Shown here: piece by piece, positions 52,701-64,000 of the stretch
Position numbering within the stretch: position 1 is the first letter of the stretch
Layout of the letters: each line of letters starts with the position of its first letter
Source of the DNA: Carcharhinus longimanus
Lineage: Eukaryota
Length of the DNA stretch: 64,000 bases
Direction of reading: 5' to 3'
NCBI GenBank assembly: GCA_030264375.1
Contig: JASCQW010000032.1
Span: 41,061,549-41,125,548, forward strand
The notes under the pieces: generated by a model
Database searches by the model: none
Told to the model about the DNA's origin: nothing
The model's input: only the letters and a program-made list of their open reading frames with translations
Translations under genes and position numbers: made by a program

Positions 52701-53039
52701 TAGTGGCTCCTTGTAGTGGCTTCATGGACTGCAAATAGATATAAACACAGACAGATACTGGAATCTGGGAGTTTCCAAATGGCAGGTAGAAAAAAACTCA
52801 AAATAAAAACACCCAGCTGAGTTTAAGAATCTGCAAACTCTTACAAAAAGCCAAAAAATTGGAACATGACCTCAAGAAGTTTGTATTTGAAGGGAAACAT
52901 ACAAGTCATGCAGCAGAGATATATAGACTATAAATATTTTAGATCAAAGTCTAGTATGATTTGAGTTGAAATAAAGCACTGTACCCAAATATTTCAAAAT
53001 ATACACTGAATTGACGAGATGCACATCTGTAGTAAGTAT

Positions 53040-55424
53040 CTGAGCCAAAGCTCTTCAAGCTACAGAGTTAATGAGTTGGGGACCAAATTGCAGACAATGT
53101 GATGTAACAGGTAAGGGGGAAGTTACCTAGACACTTCGTTCCAGAAGGCAGTCACAACCCCTTCAGAAAATATCATCCGATTTGTTCACTGGTCAGGGGC
53201 TAGAGGGTGCGACTGTGAGACAGGCAGGTGAGGGATCAAGAATGTGGAGGAGCTTCAGCTCTTGCAACTCAGCTACAAGTTTGAGGTTCTTCCAGCTTTT
53301 ATGAACAAAACTAAAGGGTGGAGGGTGGATGAGGAAACTGACCATGGCACCATGGTACAGAAAACCATTCGTGGAGGAGGAGATGGGGGTGGGGCTGTAA
53401 ATGGAATAGTAGTAGGGGGCAGTCAGGGAATAGACACCATTCTCTACAGCTGAGAACAAGAAACCTGAAGGCTATTGCCTACCAAGTGCCAGGGTTCAGG
53501 ATATCTGCTCAGGATTGGATAGGAACTTGCAGCGGGAGTGGAAAGATCCAGTTGTAGGTACCAGTGACAGAAGTAAGACTAGGAAAGAGATTATGTATCG
53601 GGAATATGAGGAGCTAGGCACTGAATTGAAAAGCACAACCTCAAAGGTAATATTCTCTGATCATGCGAGCCACGTGTAAATTGGCATAGGATAAATAAGA
53701 TAAGAGAAATGCATTCCGGTTCGTGGAGCATCGGCACCAATGCTAGGGAAAGTGGGACAGACTTCACCTGGACCATACTGGGACCAGTGTTCTAGCAAAT
53801 CGTATAACTGTGAAATGACAGAAATTTACAAGATGTTTGAAAGTGATGTAATTCAATCAGATACAAGGCTCTTAAATTGAAACATATGAAGCCATGGGGG
53901 TATAAGGAGCAAATTGGCTATGGTGGATTAGGAACCTACATAAAAAAAAATGATGGAAGACAGGCGATGGCTAACATTTAAAGAAATAATACATAGTTTA
54001 AACAAAATATATTCCTTTAATAAACAAAAACTAAATAACAAAAAGTATTCAAACTGTGGCTAAAGAAATCAAGGATTATATTGGATCAAAGGAAAATATG
54101 TTACCAAAGTTACCAAAAAAAAGCCTGAGAATCAGGAACATTTTAGAATTCTGCAAGAGGAGGAACAAGAAAAAGCTTAAGGAAACTAGAATACGAGAGT
54201 AAACTAGTGAGAAACAAAATTAATCTCCATGTAAATGGGAAAGATCAGTAAAAACAAATGTAGGTCCATTACAAACAAAGTCAGGAAAATTTATAATGGA
54301 ACTAAGGAAATGGCACAGAAACTAAACAAGTACTATGTCTGTCTTTAGGGAGGAAAATTCTAAAAACATCCCAGAAATAATGGAGAATCAAGGGATCAGG
54401 GTAAATCTGTAACCCCACTATTTCAAGAGAGAGAGAGGAAACAGGGAACTACAGACCTGTTAGCCTGACAACAGTAGTGGGGAAAATGCCAGAATCTATA
54501 ATAAAGGATGTAGTAACAGGACACTTTGAATGGTAGGATTGAGCAGAATCAACATGGGATATGCAAAAGGGAAATCATGTTTAACAACCTGCTGGAGTTT
54601 TTTTTAAAAGATATAACTAGCTAAATAGGTAAGGGGGGAACCAGTGGGTGTGGTATTTAGATCTATAGAAATCTTTTGATGAGGTCCAACACAATAAACA
54701 AAATTAGAACACATGGATCGGGGTGGGAGGAATATATTGCCATGGATTGGGAACTGATAAAGTTTATTTATTAGTCAGAAGTAAGGCTTCTATTAACAAT
54801 GCAATGAAGTTACTGTGAAATTCCCCATAAATGGGCCATTTTCCAGCCAGTAGACTCTGACTAGTGGGGTACCCCAAGGATCAGTGCTTGGACCCCAGCT
54901 ATTCAAACAATATCAATAATTTGGTCGTGGGGATTAAATTTCCAAGTTGTCAGGTAACACAAAGCTACATGAAAGTGCGAGTTAAAGAGGAAGCGAAGAT
55001 GCTGCAAGGGGATTTGGAGAGGCAAAGTAAGTAAACAAAAATCTGGCAGATGGAATACAATGTGGAGAAATGCGTGGTTATCCACTTTGGTAGGAAAACA
55101 AAAATATGGAGTATTTCTTAAATAACGAGAAGCTGGGAAGTTTTGAAATTCAAAGGGTGTCCTTGTTCAAGAGTCACTGAAAGTTTACAGCTACAGCAAG
55201 CAATTAAGAAGGCAAATGATATGTTGACCTTTATTACAAAAGGAATTTGACTATAGGAGTAAAGATGTATTACTACAATTATATGAAGCCTTGGTGAGAT
55301 CACACCTGGAGTATTTTGTGCAGTTTTAGTCTCTTTCCTAAGGCGTACAAAAGGTTCAGAGAGCTAGGAGATGTTAAGGATCTAGAGGAGTATAAGGCTT
55401 GTAGAAAGGAGCTTAAAAAGGAAA
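53040..55424 (+). mobile_element. Decayed CR1 (ORF1 esterase and ORF2 RT), with a young CR1 fragment starting about 55338
   Basis: LSYKFEVL and IVVGGS (ORF1-like), GNYRPVSLTTVVGK, PQGSVLGPQLF, WQMEYNVEKC. After about 55338 it switches to KAYKRFRELGDVKDLEEYKACRKELKKE and runs into the gap. Confidence 0.85.
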
Positions 55425-55524
55425 NNNNNNNNNNNNNNNNNNNNNNNNNNNNNNNNNNNNNNNNNNNNNNNNNNNNNNNNNNNNNNNNNNNNNNNNNNNN
55501 NNNNNNNNNNNNNNNNNNNNNNNN
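55425..55524. other. Assembly gap (100 N) joining two unlike regions
   Basis: One of 12 gaps; the others are 10076-10207, 16012-16148, 20891-20904, 22084-22183, 24761-24860, 26953-27052, 32333-32342, 34013-34112, 36724-36823, 45920-46019 and 49043-49142. Confidence 0.99.
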
Positions 55525-55801
55525 TGTTGACCCCACGGGTCTGCCTGGCACTGCCAAAGGGTCGACTCGTGTGAAAGGCATTCCATCTCATCCAACCAAA
55601 TCGGTCCGGATCCTACTCCGAATGAACGAGCGTCATAATCGATGGAAACAAGAGTGCCACAATCTAACTGTTTACAAATCACTGCTCCAACATCTAAATC
55701 CAGCTTTTCAGCGCAAACTGTTCCCCAGGACCCATTATAGAACACTTCCACTCTGCCCTCACAGCGATGCTTTCCATTCACCAAACGCAGCTCTTTGTGT
55801 T
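55525..55801 (-). CDS. SRCR domain exon 5 in window, truncated by an assembly gap (e-type-like)
   Basis: Acceptor gtttggcag|AA. Translates HKELRLVNGKHRCEGRVEVFYNGSWGTVCAEKLD...TLWQCQADPWGQ, then runs into the N-run at 55425-55524. Confidence 0.9.
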
Positions 55802-56697
55802 CTGCCAAACAAATCATAAATAATCACGAGATTCAATTATCAATTCTGTATCCACGCACTATATGTCTAAGTTGCGTTCACTGTTCGCTTATTTATTGCA
55901 TAAAGGTCACATAAAAATAGATATAATCAAGAATAAGCAGCATTGCGTTTCAATTGAAACATTTGAACGATGGACCCGATTTATTTATTCGCACAGCTTG
56001 CAGCAATGGTGAAATGGGCAATGCTACAGATGCTCTGTGCACGGATTACCAACAGAGCTTCAAGAGTTTCCCGCAGTTAAAGCCCACGAATGACAATGGG
56101 GAACCGGACAATCAAGATAAAAGTGGATTAAAATAAATGTTGTAAAATTTCTCGTTACTTCAGTGGCAGAACTTTCGGTGCGACGAAAAAGAACGTCTAT
56201 TGTGGCAGCAAACTGGCTTGTATAGTCAATACTAAAGAGAACTGCAAAGTATGTATCACAGTGTTAATACATGGCAGGATACACATGCCAATGACAACTT
56301 AGTTTTCGTACTACTCAGTGGAATGGAGCGAATTTTGATGCGAAGAATAAAGTGACAGCATACTTCTTGAGAAATAAGTGTTAAATCGAATATTTTTGCA
56401 AAATAATGTAGTTATCTGGAACATTTCACACGTAAACTGATGAAATTTAAGGCTTGTGACCGTAATAGTCAGTAATATTAATTGGAAGATAAATTTATGT
56501 CAGGAAATGAGGGATAAAGAAGCATAAGGCAACACATCAAAAGTCGGATATAGAAATATTGTAACGGTAATGATGTCCAAAATAAACAACACAGACAGGG
56601 ATTTGACAGAAGAACATTCGAAAGTGCCGTCCTTCGGTATATCAGGAACATATCTTATATATGAAACTTCTAATATAACTGAAGTTGGGACAGTTAC

Positions 56698-57012
56698 CAG
56701 AACACGTGATCTTCACATCTTCTTTATGATTACAGTCGTGTTTACCCCACAATGCATGGGGACATTCCCAGAGATATGATTCATTCCTGGAGCATTCCAA
56801 CTCATCCAACCAAATTGGCTGTGAGTCATGTCCAGCCGAAGCAGGAAGAGGAAGCCGCAATGCATGCCCACAACCCAGCTGCTTGCAAACCACGTCAGCG
56901 TCAGTCAGATCCCAGGAATCATCACAAACTGAGCCCCAGATCCCATTGTGATAAATCTCCAATCGGCCCGCACATCGGCTTCCACCGCCAGAGAGTCTTA
57001 ACTGTTTGTGTT
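56698..57012 (-). CDS. Group-B SRCR domain exon 4 in window (d-type-like)
   Basis: 315 bp, phase 1-1, acceptor ttccattag|, donor |gtaact. Translates [48 protein letters not shown]...[12 protein letters not shown] with 8 Cys. Confidence 0.94.
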
Positions 57013-57902
57013 CTAATGGAATAATGAAAGAGACAGATTATATTTCTTAAACATATTCACCTCGTTGCTAAATTCACACTATGATATCACTTCCAGATCA
57101 TTTGAAGCCTGCATTTTAACAGCCGTTGATAGGGACATTAATAAACGCTCGAGAGAAAACAGTTTCTGCTGCGAGGTAAAATAAATGATGTGGCGTTTAC
57201 AAATCTCCTAGATATCCATATTTCCAACAATAACATAGTCCGACCGTTTTCTGTTCGGTTCTGACCCATTCATTATTGCCTGTTTTGCTTTACCATCAAT
57301 AATGAAATTGTGTTAATTCGTTGTTCCACACAGAATGTTTGAGGCCGACATTTGATTCTTTGCTTTTCACTACTTCATTTTGCCATGGAAACTTCATCAG
57401 ACACTTCAACAGTTCACACATATATGTCAGTACAAATCAGAAATACTGCAAACGTGTAGGTCGGCTGACAGTCGGTTGACCTTTCAGACATTGCCCTTTC
57501 TTGCGAACTTGCCAAATTCACTGCTAAAATGTTCATCAGTTCCTTGTTATTTCAAGAATGCAGATTTCAAATCAACCCCTCCAAAACACGGGAATACAAT
57601 CAAAGCGTTTCTAAACAAACCCTGCACATTCCCACTCACCAGCAGTGACCAGTGCACACACAAAACCGCACACACACACCCTCCCTTTCCAAGTTCTCCT
57701 CTTCCCCCTCACTGAGCAACAGCACCAGCGGACTTGGCTACTTGATTTGCATTGGACTCTCTTCCGTCAATACAAATAAGTTTCAAAATACCATGGTCAT
57801 GTTCAGAGATACCCATGCTCTCCACTACTGCTCACTGCTCCATCATAATCAGTCCCACTACCCCTGGAGATCATGATAATCATTTTCCATTCACTGTCCC
57901 GT

Positions 57903-58152
57903 CCGCACAGTGGTTAGCTACGCAACGTCAGGGACCCGCGTTCGATTGTGGCTGAGGTCAGGGTATCTATGGAATTTGTACATTCTCTCCGTGTCTGCAT
58001 AGGTTTTCTCTCAGTGTTCTGGTTACGTCCATATTCTGAAAGATGTGAATGCAACCGAGCAGGCGGTGGACTGTGCCGTCTCGGAGAATTTCACTGTTAC
58101 TTCATTTCAGTGTTAATATTAGTCTTATTTGTTAATAATAAATTAACTTGAA
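57903..58152 (+). mobile_element. tRNA-derived SINE in an SRCR intron
   Basis: gcacagtggttagc...gggacccgcgttcgatt...gaatttcactgttacttcatttcagtgttaat...aataataaattaactt. Confidence 0.75.
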
Positions 58153-58611
58153 CTCAGATATCGCTTTCCTTCCCATCTGACATTTATGCAGCAGACCCTT
58201 TTTCATCCTTATTCAACAGTCGTTATGTTAGTGACTGGGACACAAGATTGCAATCCCCTTTCTGAAACGTGAGCCTCTCTCCCAATGTGCTGTTGCTGAA
58301 ATCCACCCCACTGATTAGCACATTAGTCCCCATTGCCGATGCTTCTTTAGTATGTTGGTCTCAATTTACTGAGGAAAGTTACCTGGAGATTGATAAAATT
58401 GATAAATAATTTTATTGAAGTGTTATTGTCATCATATTCCAAACTATTTTTTTTTGTTCCCTTCCCAGGGTGTCCTGTCCTGCATCCAAGCCCCAGTGTG
58501 AACTATCTCAGCTGTGTGTTCCCGAGGAAGAACTGCAGTATATTCTCCAGATGACCAAGATTACATTTTTTTTCCCTTAATGTTTCAAGAAAAAGTGACC
58601 TGTTTAATCAC

Positions 58612-58926
58612 CTGAGCACAGAACCCCCACGCCGATGCTATCACTGCGATCCGGGTTCAATGAGAATGTGCTGCACTTCCGGAGATGCGATTCGTTTCCT
58701 TCACACCAGACATCATTCACCCTCACAGGCCCTTCACCCTCTCCGTACTTTGAATTGTTATAGGCGGTTACCGCTTCGCCGCAGCCCAGCTGTCTACAGG
58801 TCACATTAGCGTCATTCAGATCCCAGAGGCTGTCCTGCACTCTGCCCCAGCTGTGGTTGTAGTAAATCTCCACTCGCCCATCACACCGACTTCCCCCATT
58901 CATCAATCTCAGTGACCAGTTTTCAT
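58612..58926 (-). CDS. SRCR domain exon 3 in window (6-Cys variant)
   Basis: 315 bp, phase 1-1, acceptor cttcgcctag|, donor |gtgatt. Translates ENWSLRLMNGGSRCDGRVEIYYNHSWGRVQDSLWDLNDANVTCRQLGCG...GVGVLCS. Confidence 0.93.
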
Positions 58927-60090
58927 CTAGGCGAAGAAAGACATTTAGAGCATTGGTTACGGTGCAACAAATTAACCCGTATTGACGTCACCTTTCACCA
59001 GTACATTTCTGTTTGTTAAAAGGTGAAGGATGTTACTGAGAGGCGGTTCAGCACAGTCAGGCAGGAGGATGAACAACCAGAACTCCTGCTCTGTACCTAA
59101 AGTAAATACATTGTTGAGCAAAACGATAATATATGTTTGCAGAACTCAAGGATGGGTTAGCATTTGGGCGGACAAATGTAGAGACATCCTTATTATTCCA
59201 GCACCACGTGTTAGTGAGTGATTTACATGGGACATAATGGATGATTATCTAGCTGAGGCGATGGTGCTAGAGGTTGGACATTCATTTCCGGCAAAATGGG
59301 CGGCAATTCTGTGTAAGTTTATCTGGGCATGCTGGGATATGCTGCAACCCATCAAAGCAGGGACAGAGGGTATTCTGGCTGTGGGATTATTTGTTCGAAA
59401 TGATAACTGAACACACAAAAAGCACGTTTTAAATATGTTAACTATTTAGAACACAAGCGAAATGTTTTCAGGAAAACACGTTTCAGAAACTTCCTGGTGT
59501 TTAATGTTCGGAGAAGCCAAAGGGGATTGTTAATAATTGTAGAAAGGATCGTGTTGTACACGTAGTTTTCCAAAAAATCACTGGAAGTCCACGTTAGAGA
59601 CGTCATTGGTCAGTTTTCGTCAATGAAATGAAAGGGCAATGGATACCCAAGTGTGAAATTGGTAGGAAATAGTACTTCGGTCTGTTAATGTGGCTTCCTT
59701 AGTGGAATATGTGGAGATCTGCTGCACGTGAGAACTGTGAAAGACATTGGCTGTGGTCTGATGGGCAGGAGGAACATCTCGAAATGTGGGGCTGCTGGTA
59801 TGCACAGATAAATGGCAGGGTCTGTCGTGACTGAATTGAAATCTGCTGCAGTAAGTGGTTAGGTTTGAAAATGAATTGTGTGAGTGTATCGTGGGAGAAG
59901 AACAATCAATACTTTTTTAAAGAATAGGGCAATTGTGCGAAGGGAAAAATAATAGAAATCTGTGAGGATATGCGTGGATTGTGACTGGGTGAGGTTCATG
60001 TCCAATAATTCTGCACAGGCTCGAATGAATTTTGTGCTTACTACACCCAAGTTTTATTGTTCTCTGAATGTCTGCATTGTGAGGACTCAC

Positions 60091-60405
60091 CCGAGCAAAT
60101 GACACTGGCATCATTTTCATGTGAGCAGTTAAACTCTTCCACGGATGAAACCAGACACTCCCACAATGGGGACTCGTTCCCGCGGCAGTTGTAGTTCTCC
60201 TTCCACATTGTCCCATTTCCCTTCCCAAAGGCTGCACCTCTCGGGATTTTCTCTACCACTCCACACTGAAGATGCTCACAGACCACACTGGCGTCTTCTA
60301 AACCAAAGTAAACATCACAGAGCGTCCCCCAGTGTTCTCCATGCAGCACTTCCACCCGGCCGGAGCACCTGTCCTTTCCACCAACCAATCTCGGCCCATG
60401 GTTTT
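60091..60405 (-). CDS. Group-B SRCR domain exon 2 in window
   Basis: 315 bp, phase 1-1, acceptor gaaacag|, donor |gtgagt. Translates NHGPRLVGGKDRCSGRVEVLHGEHWGTLCD...CSHENDASVICS with 8 Cys. Confidence 0.94.
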
Positions 60406-61400
60406 CTGTTTCAGTTACAAACACAGACCCAAATGATTTTAACGTCAAAATTAGAAGACCACAAGCCACTTTTTTGTGTGTAAATGGGAAAACACAGTTT
60501 ATATCTGCATCCACAGTCATAGCCCAGTATTCTCAAATGATCACATCGAACTAATTAACATAATATGTGATACTTTTAGGAAGGTGCTTCATCCCAAAGT
60601 GAACAGTCGATCCTGAAGAGAAAAGCTAATGCGCCATTGGCAGAATATATTGTCTTTGGAGATGGTCTAGTTTTTTTTTTACATAATCTGCACGGAGTTT
60701 AAGCATTGCACTGGGGTACAATTATAAACCGATATCCTCAAGAGCAAAAAGCTGAGAAAAAAAAAATAGCAAGTGCACCACCAGATTAGACAGAATCTGG
60801 GACCGGTTAATTCAGAAAATAAATGTCGTTCGAAATATTCCTCTGTTATTCTGTAGGTTATCCGCATTACTGACACGTTCTCCATGCTTTGAAATCTCCT
60901 CCACACATTCATATAATATTCCACCTGAAAGGTGTTGAATGGATGTAAAACGCGCACTTGCAATGCTGTTACTGAGCTTACCAATTATTTTGTTTGATGT
61001 AAGATATTTGAAATATAAAACCATTTATTCTGCTGCGTCAGTATCCCCTTTGGAATGCAAGCACAGTTATGCTCTGTGATAGTCCATGCAGTGGGTTTAT
61101 GGCTTGGGATGCAGAGCACGAATATGTAACAGCTTCATAAATAATTACATCTCAAATGTTTGAGAGAAACTCATTAAATTGGCCAAGGTATAAATCAGCA
61201 ATAATAATCTGCTAATTTCAGAACATGATTTTTTTTCCGATTTTTGCAACTCTATTCCAAAATTACAACAAATGACATGAAAAATGAAGGTCTGGTTAGT
61301 TATCTCCACGTTGGAGAGAAAGAGAACTGTCATACCTACGTTGCTGCAATATTAATATGTACATGTATTTTCCCCTCTAATATTCACTTTCTGTACTCAC

Positions 61401-61715
61401 CGGAACAGGTCACACTGACATCGTTGCTGTGGGTGCACTCGGACCGATTTACAGGAACATGGGGGCAGTCCATCAGGCCTGTCTCGCTACCCTTACATTC
61501 AAATCTATCGTTCCATATAAGTCCAGTGCCCTCCCCAAAATAAGCACCACTTCTCACGGCAACGGCACCTCCACACTGCAGCTCAGCACAGATCACTGTG
61601 ACGGCATTCCAATCCAAGTCACGGTCACACACTGTACCAGATTCTATATCGTTATGGATCTCGAGTCTGCCGGAGCATGGGGAAGGCCCGGATACTAGTT
61701 TTGGAAACCTGTGGG
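61401..61715 (-). CDS. Group-B SRCR domain exon (CD163/WC1-like receptor), most 5' domain in the window
   Basis: 315 bp, phase 1-1, acceptor ttgttcag|, donor |gtgagt. Translates HRFPKLVSGPSPCSGRLEI...CAELQCG...FGEGTGLIW...CTHSNDVSVTCS with 8 Cys; resembles CD163 SRCR5 (b-type). Confidence 0.93.
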
Positions 61716-62989
61716 CTGAACAACAACAAATCACAAAACACTAATTATTATCAAAAGAAAACTCACATCTGCTTGATTAGATTCTATCATGATTTGTTCT
61801 GAAGCTGTTTCCCCTCAGTTGCCCCTTTAATCTAAAGATCAGAGGAATTATCGAGCTGGAAACGTGGGCTCCGACCAGGGTTGGATGCTCCTTCTGTGAA
61901 ACTCCGCGGGCTGAATGGCTTCTTCTGCATTAATAAATTCTATAATTATACACCTTTCATCAAGTTCAATCTATGTGAGTGTTTATCCTCTCCAGGAGAC
62001 GTGTTCAGTCTCACAGCGGTTCCTTTGGAACACTCTTCCCCGTTCCCACTTAAATTGAATCAACTGCTGGTTTATCTCAATAAATTCTGAGTAAAGCTGC
62101 CCCCTGCCGCCTGGGGATGGGGAATATCAGAATGCGCAACAAGCGGACCTGAATCAATAACAAATGGAACTATTTGCCCAGGAACTTACTAACGGCTGGA
62201 CATAAAAAAAAATCAACATTTTGAGTTGTTTTTCGGCACGGAAACTTGTTAAGAATGAACGTTCTGAAAGTATTTCAAGCAGAAATGAAACGATGCATGT
62301 CAGAATGTCGAAATGGAAATTAGCAAACAACACTCGAGCTTTACTGAGGGTCCATGTGCACAGATCAGTAAAATGTGAAGGCCTGGTGCAAAATGAAATC
62401 AAAAATCTTTAAGATTTTTGGCATTTCTATTTAGAGGGCTAGAATATGCTTCAAGTCTCAGGAACATTGTTCAGCCCATATCTGGAACTGTACCCTTGAA
62501 AGCATCTCCTGTTCTGGAAAGTCGTCCAGGGGGAGTGTCCCAGGCTACTGGTTACTGAGTCGAGACACCATCTCCTTCTATCAGTTTACACTGTGTGAAA
62601 TCTGCCTGAAGCTGCAGCAGCTTTAAATATTAAAACAACTAATCTCCCTTCATTTTATTCTGGAGAAAGTATCGACTGCCGCACATTTGTTTCAAATACA
62701 ACCTCCTGATCAAATTGATCCAGCACAATTTATTGAACAACAACGGGACACTCCACCAATAATATTTCTGTTTTCTCTCCCTGACAGACTCGAACGGTAA
62801 AGTCGACGAAAAAACAACAGGGAAAATAATAGAGGAAGAGCTGGTATTCATCAGATTCAGGGAGTGAGAGGGAGATAAGTTTCCAAATCGTGTCGAACAT
62901 TTTGAGAAGAGGATTTACATGACAGTTGTTAAAACGACACCCCTGGAGATGCAGGGGATATCCAGTCAGTCCCCTCTCACACAAAATCA

Positions 62990-63945
62990 GAAAATGTTAT
63001 AAAATGTTGAGAGGAATACATAGGGCGGATTCTCGGAGGCTGTTTCCTAGGGCTGAAATGGTCGCTACGAGAGGACACAGGTTTAAGGTGCTGGGAAGCA
63101 AGTACAGAGGAGATGTTAGGCGTAAGTTTTTCACTCAGGGCGGTGAGTGAGTGGAATCGGCTGCCATCGGTGGTGGTAGAGGCGAATTCGCTGGGTTCTT
63201 ATAAGAGACTTCTGGATGAGTACATGGGATTTAATGGGATTGGGAGTTACAGATGGTTCTATGGCCTGGTAGGTATGGATATGATCGACACAACTTGTGG
63301 GCCGAAGGGCCTGTTTGTGCTGTAGTGTTTGATGTTCTACGTTCTATGAAAGATATATTTGCATAAAGGGAATGCAAGAAAGGTTTACCAAATAATTTCT
63401 GGGGTGGAAGTATTGTTCATTGAGAACAGATTAAATTGGCTGAGCCTTTATTCTCTGGCGTTTAGGGAAATGAGAGGTAATCTCATTCAAACATACAAAA
63501 CACTTACAGGACTCGGCATGGTTAAATGCAGGTGGGGTAAATACATGGAGTGAAGGAAATAGGGTGAGGATGGCCTTAGTAGGAAGTGCTGTAGGAGAGT
63601 TGGTGTGGACTTGATGGGTTGTATGGCTTCCTTCTGCACAGTAGGGATTCTAAGGATGTTTCCCATCGCTGAGGGGTCTAAAACTAAGGGACACAGTCTC
63701 AGAATAAGGGGCAGGCCTGAGATGAGGAGGATGAATCTTTGGAATTCTCTGCCCCAGAAGGCTCTGTAGTTGAGCATGTTCAAGGCAGAGATTGATAGAT
63801 TTCTACACATTCAGAACATCAAGGGATATGGGATAGTGAAGGAAAATGGGATTGAAGTAGAAAATCAGTCATAATCTCATTGAACGGTGGCAGCACAGAC
63901 TTGAAGGGCTGAATAGCTGCTCCTGCTCCTATTTCCTATGTTTAG
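62990..63945 (+). mobile_element. Two CR1 3' fragments (young 62990-63348, older 63350-63945 containing a SINE tail at about 63520-63652)
   Basis: YKMLRGIHR...RGHRFKV...RKFF, REMRGNLIQTYK, and CR1-type tails. Confidence 0.8.
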
Positions 63946-64000
63946 TTTAAATTTCACTCAGCTGCTGTGGTGCGATTTTACTAGCCCTGTATCATTACCA

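Noticed and set aside
62765-62802. Plus-strand acceptor followed 9 nt later by a GT (possible micro-exon)
   Set aside because: Antisense to the SRCR gene, weak donor and no partner exons; chance is likely.

Overview
AT-rich vertebrate genomic DNA, most likely from a shark or other cartilaginous fish, judging from HE1-type SINEs, SacSINE1/DeuSINE-like copies and abundant CR1 LINEs. It is a draft scaffold with 12 N-gaps. Two protein-coding genes are partly present, both on the minus strand. (1) A JAZF1-family zinc-finger gene: four coding exons of 73, 197, 170 and 177 bp between 26689 and 6328, all with canonical GT-AG sites; I could not find the first coding exon. The protein is divergent enough to suggest a paralogue rather than the JAZF1 orthologue. 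(2) A CD163/WC1-like group-B SRCR receptor gene: four complete 315-bp single-domain exons plus a fifth cut by the gap at 55425-55524. The rest is largely nested transposon debris: a decayed Gypsy LTR element (about 28350-37712) with a tail-less, stop-free histone H4 sequence inserted in pol, a Harbinger transposase fossil, nested CR1s, Penelope-type termini with hammerhead-like cores, and SINEs. I found no prokaryotic-type system such as CRISPR. The best leads are the H4-in-Gypsy insert, the candidate JAZF1 paralogue and the SRCR domain architecture. Comparisons with human and other proteins were made by eye from memory, not by database search.
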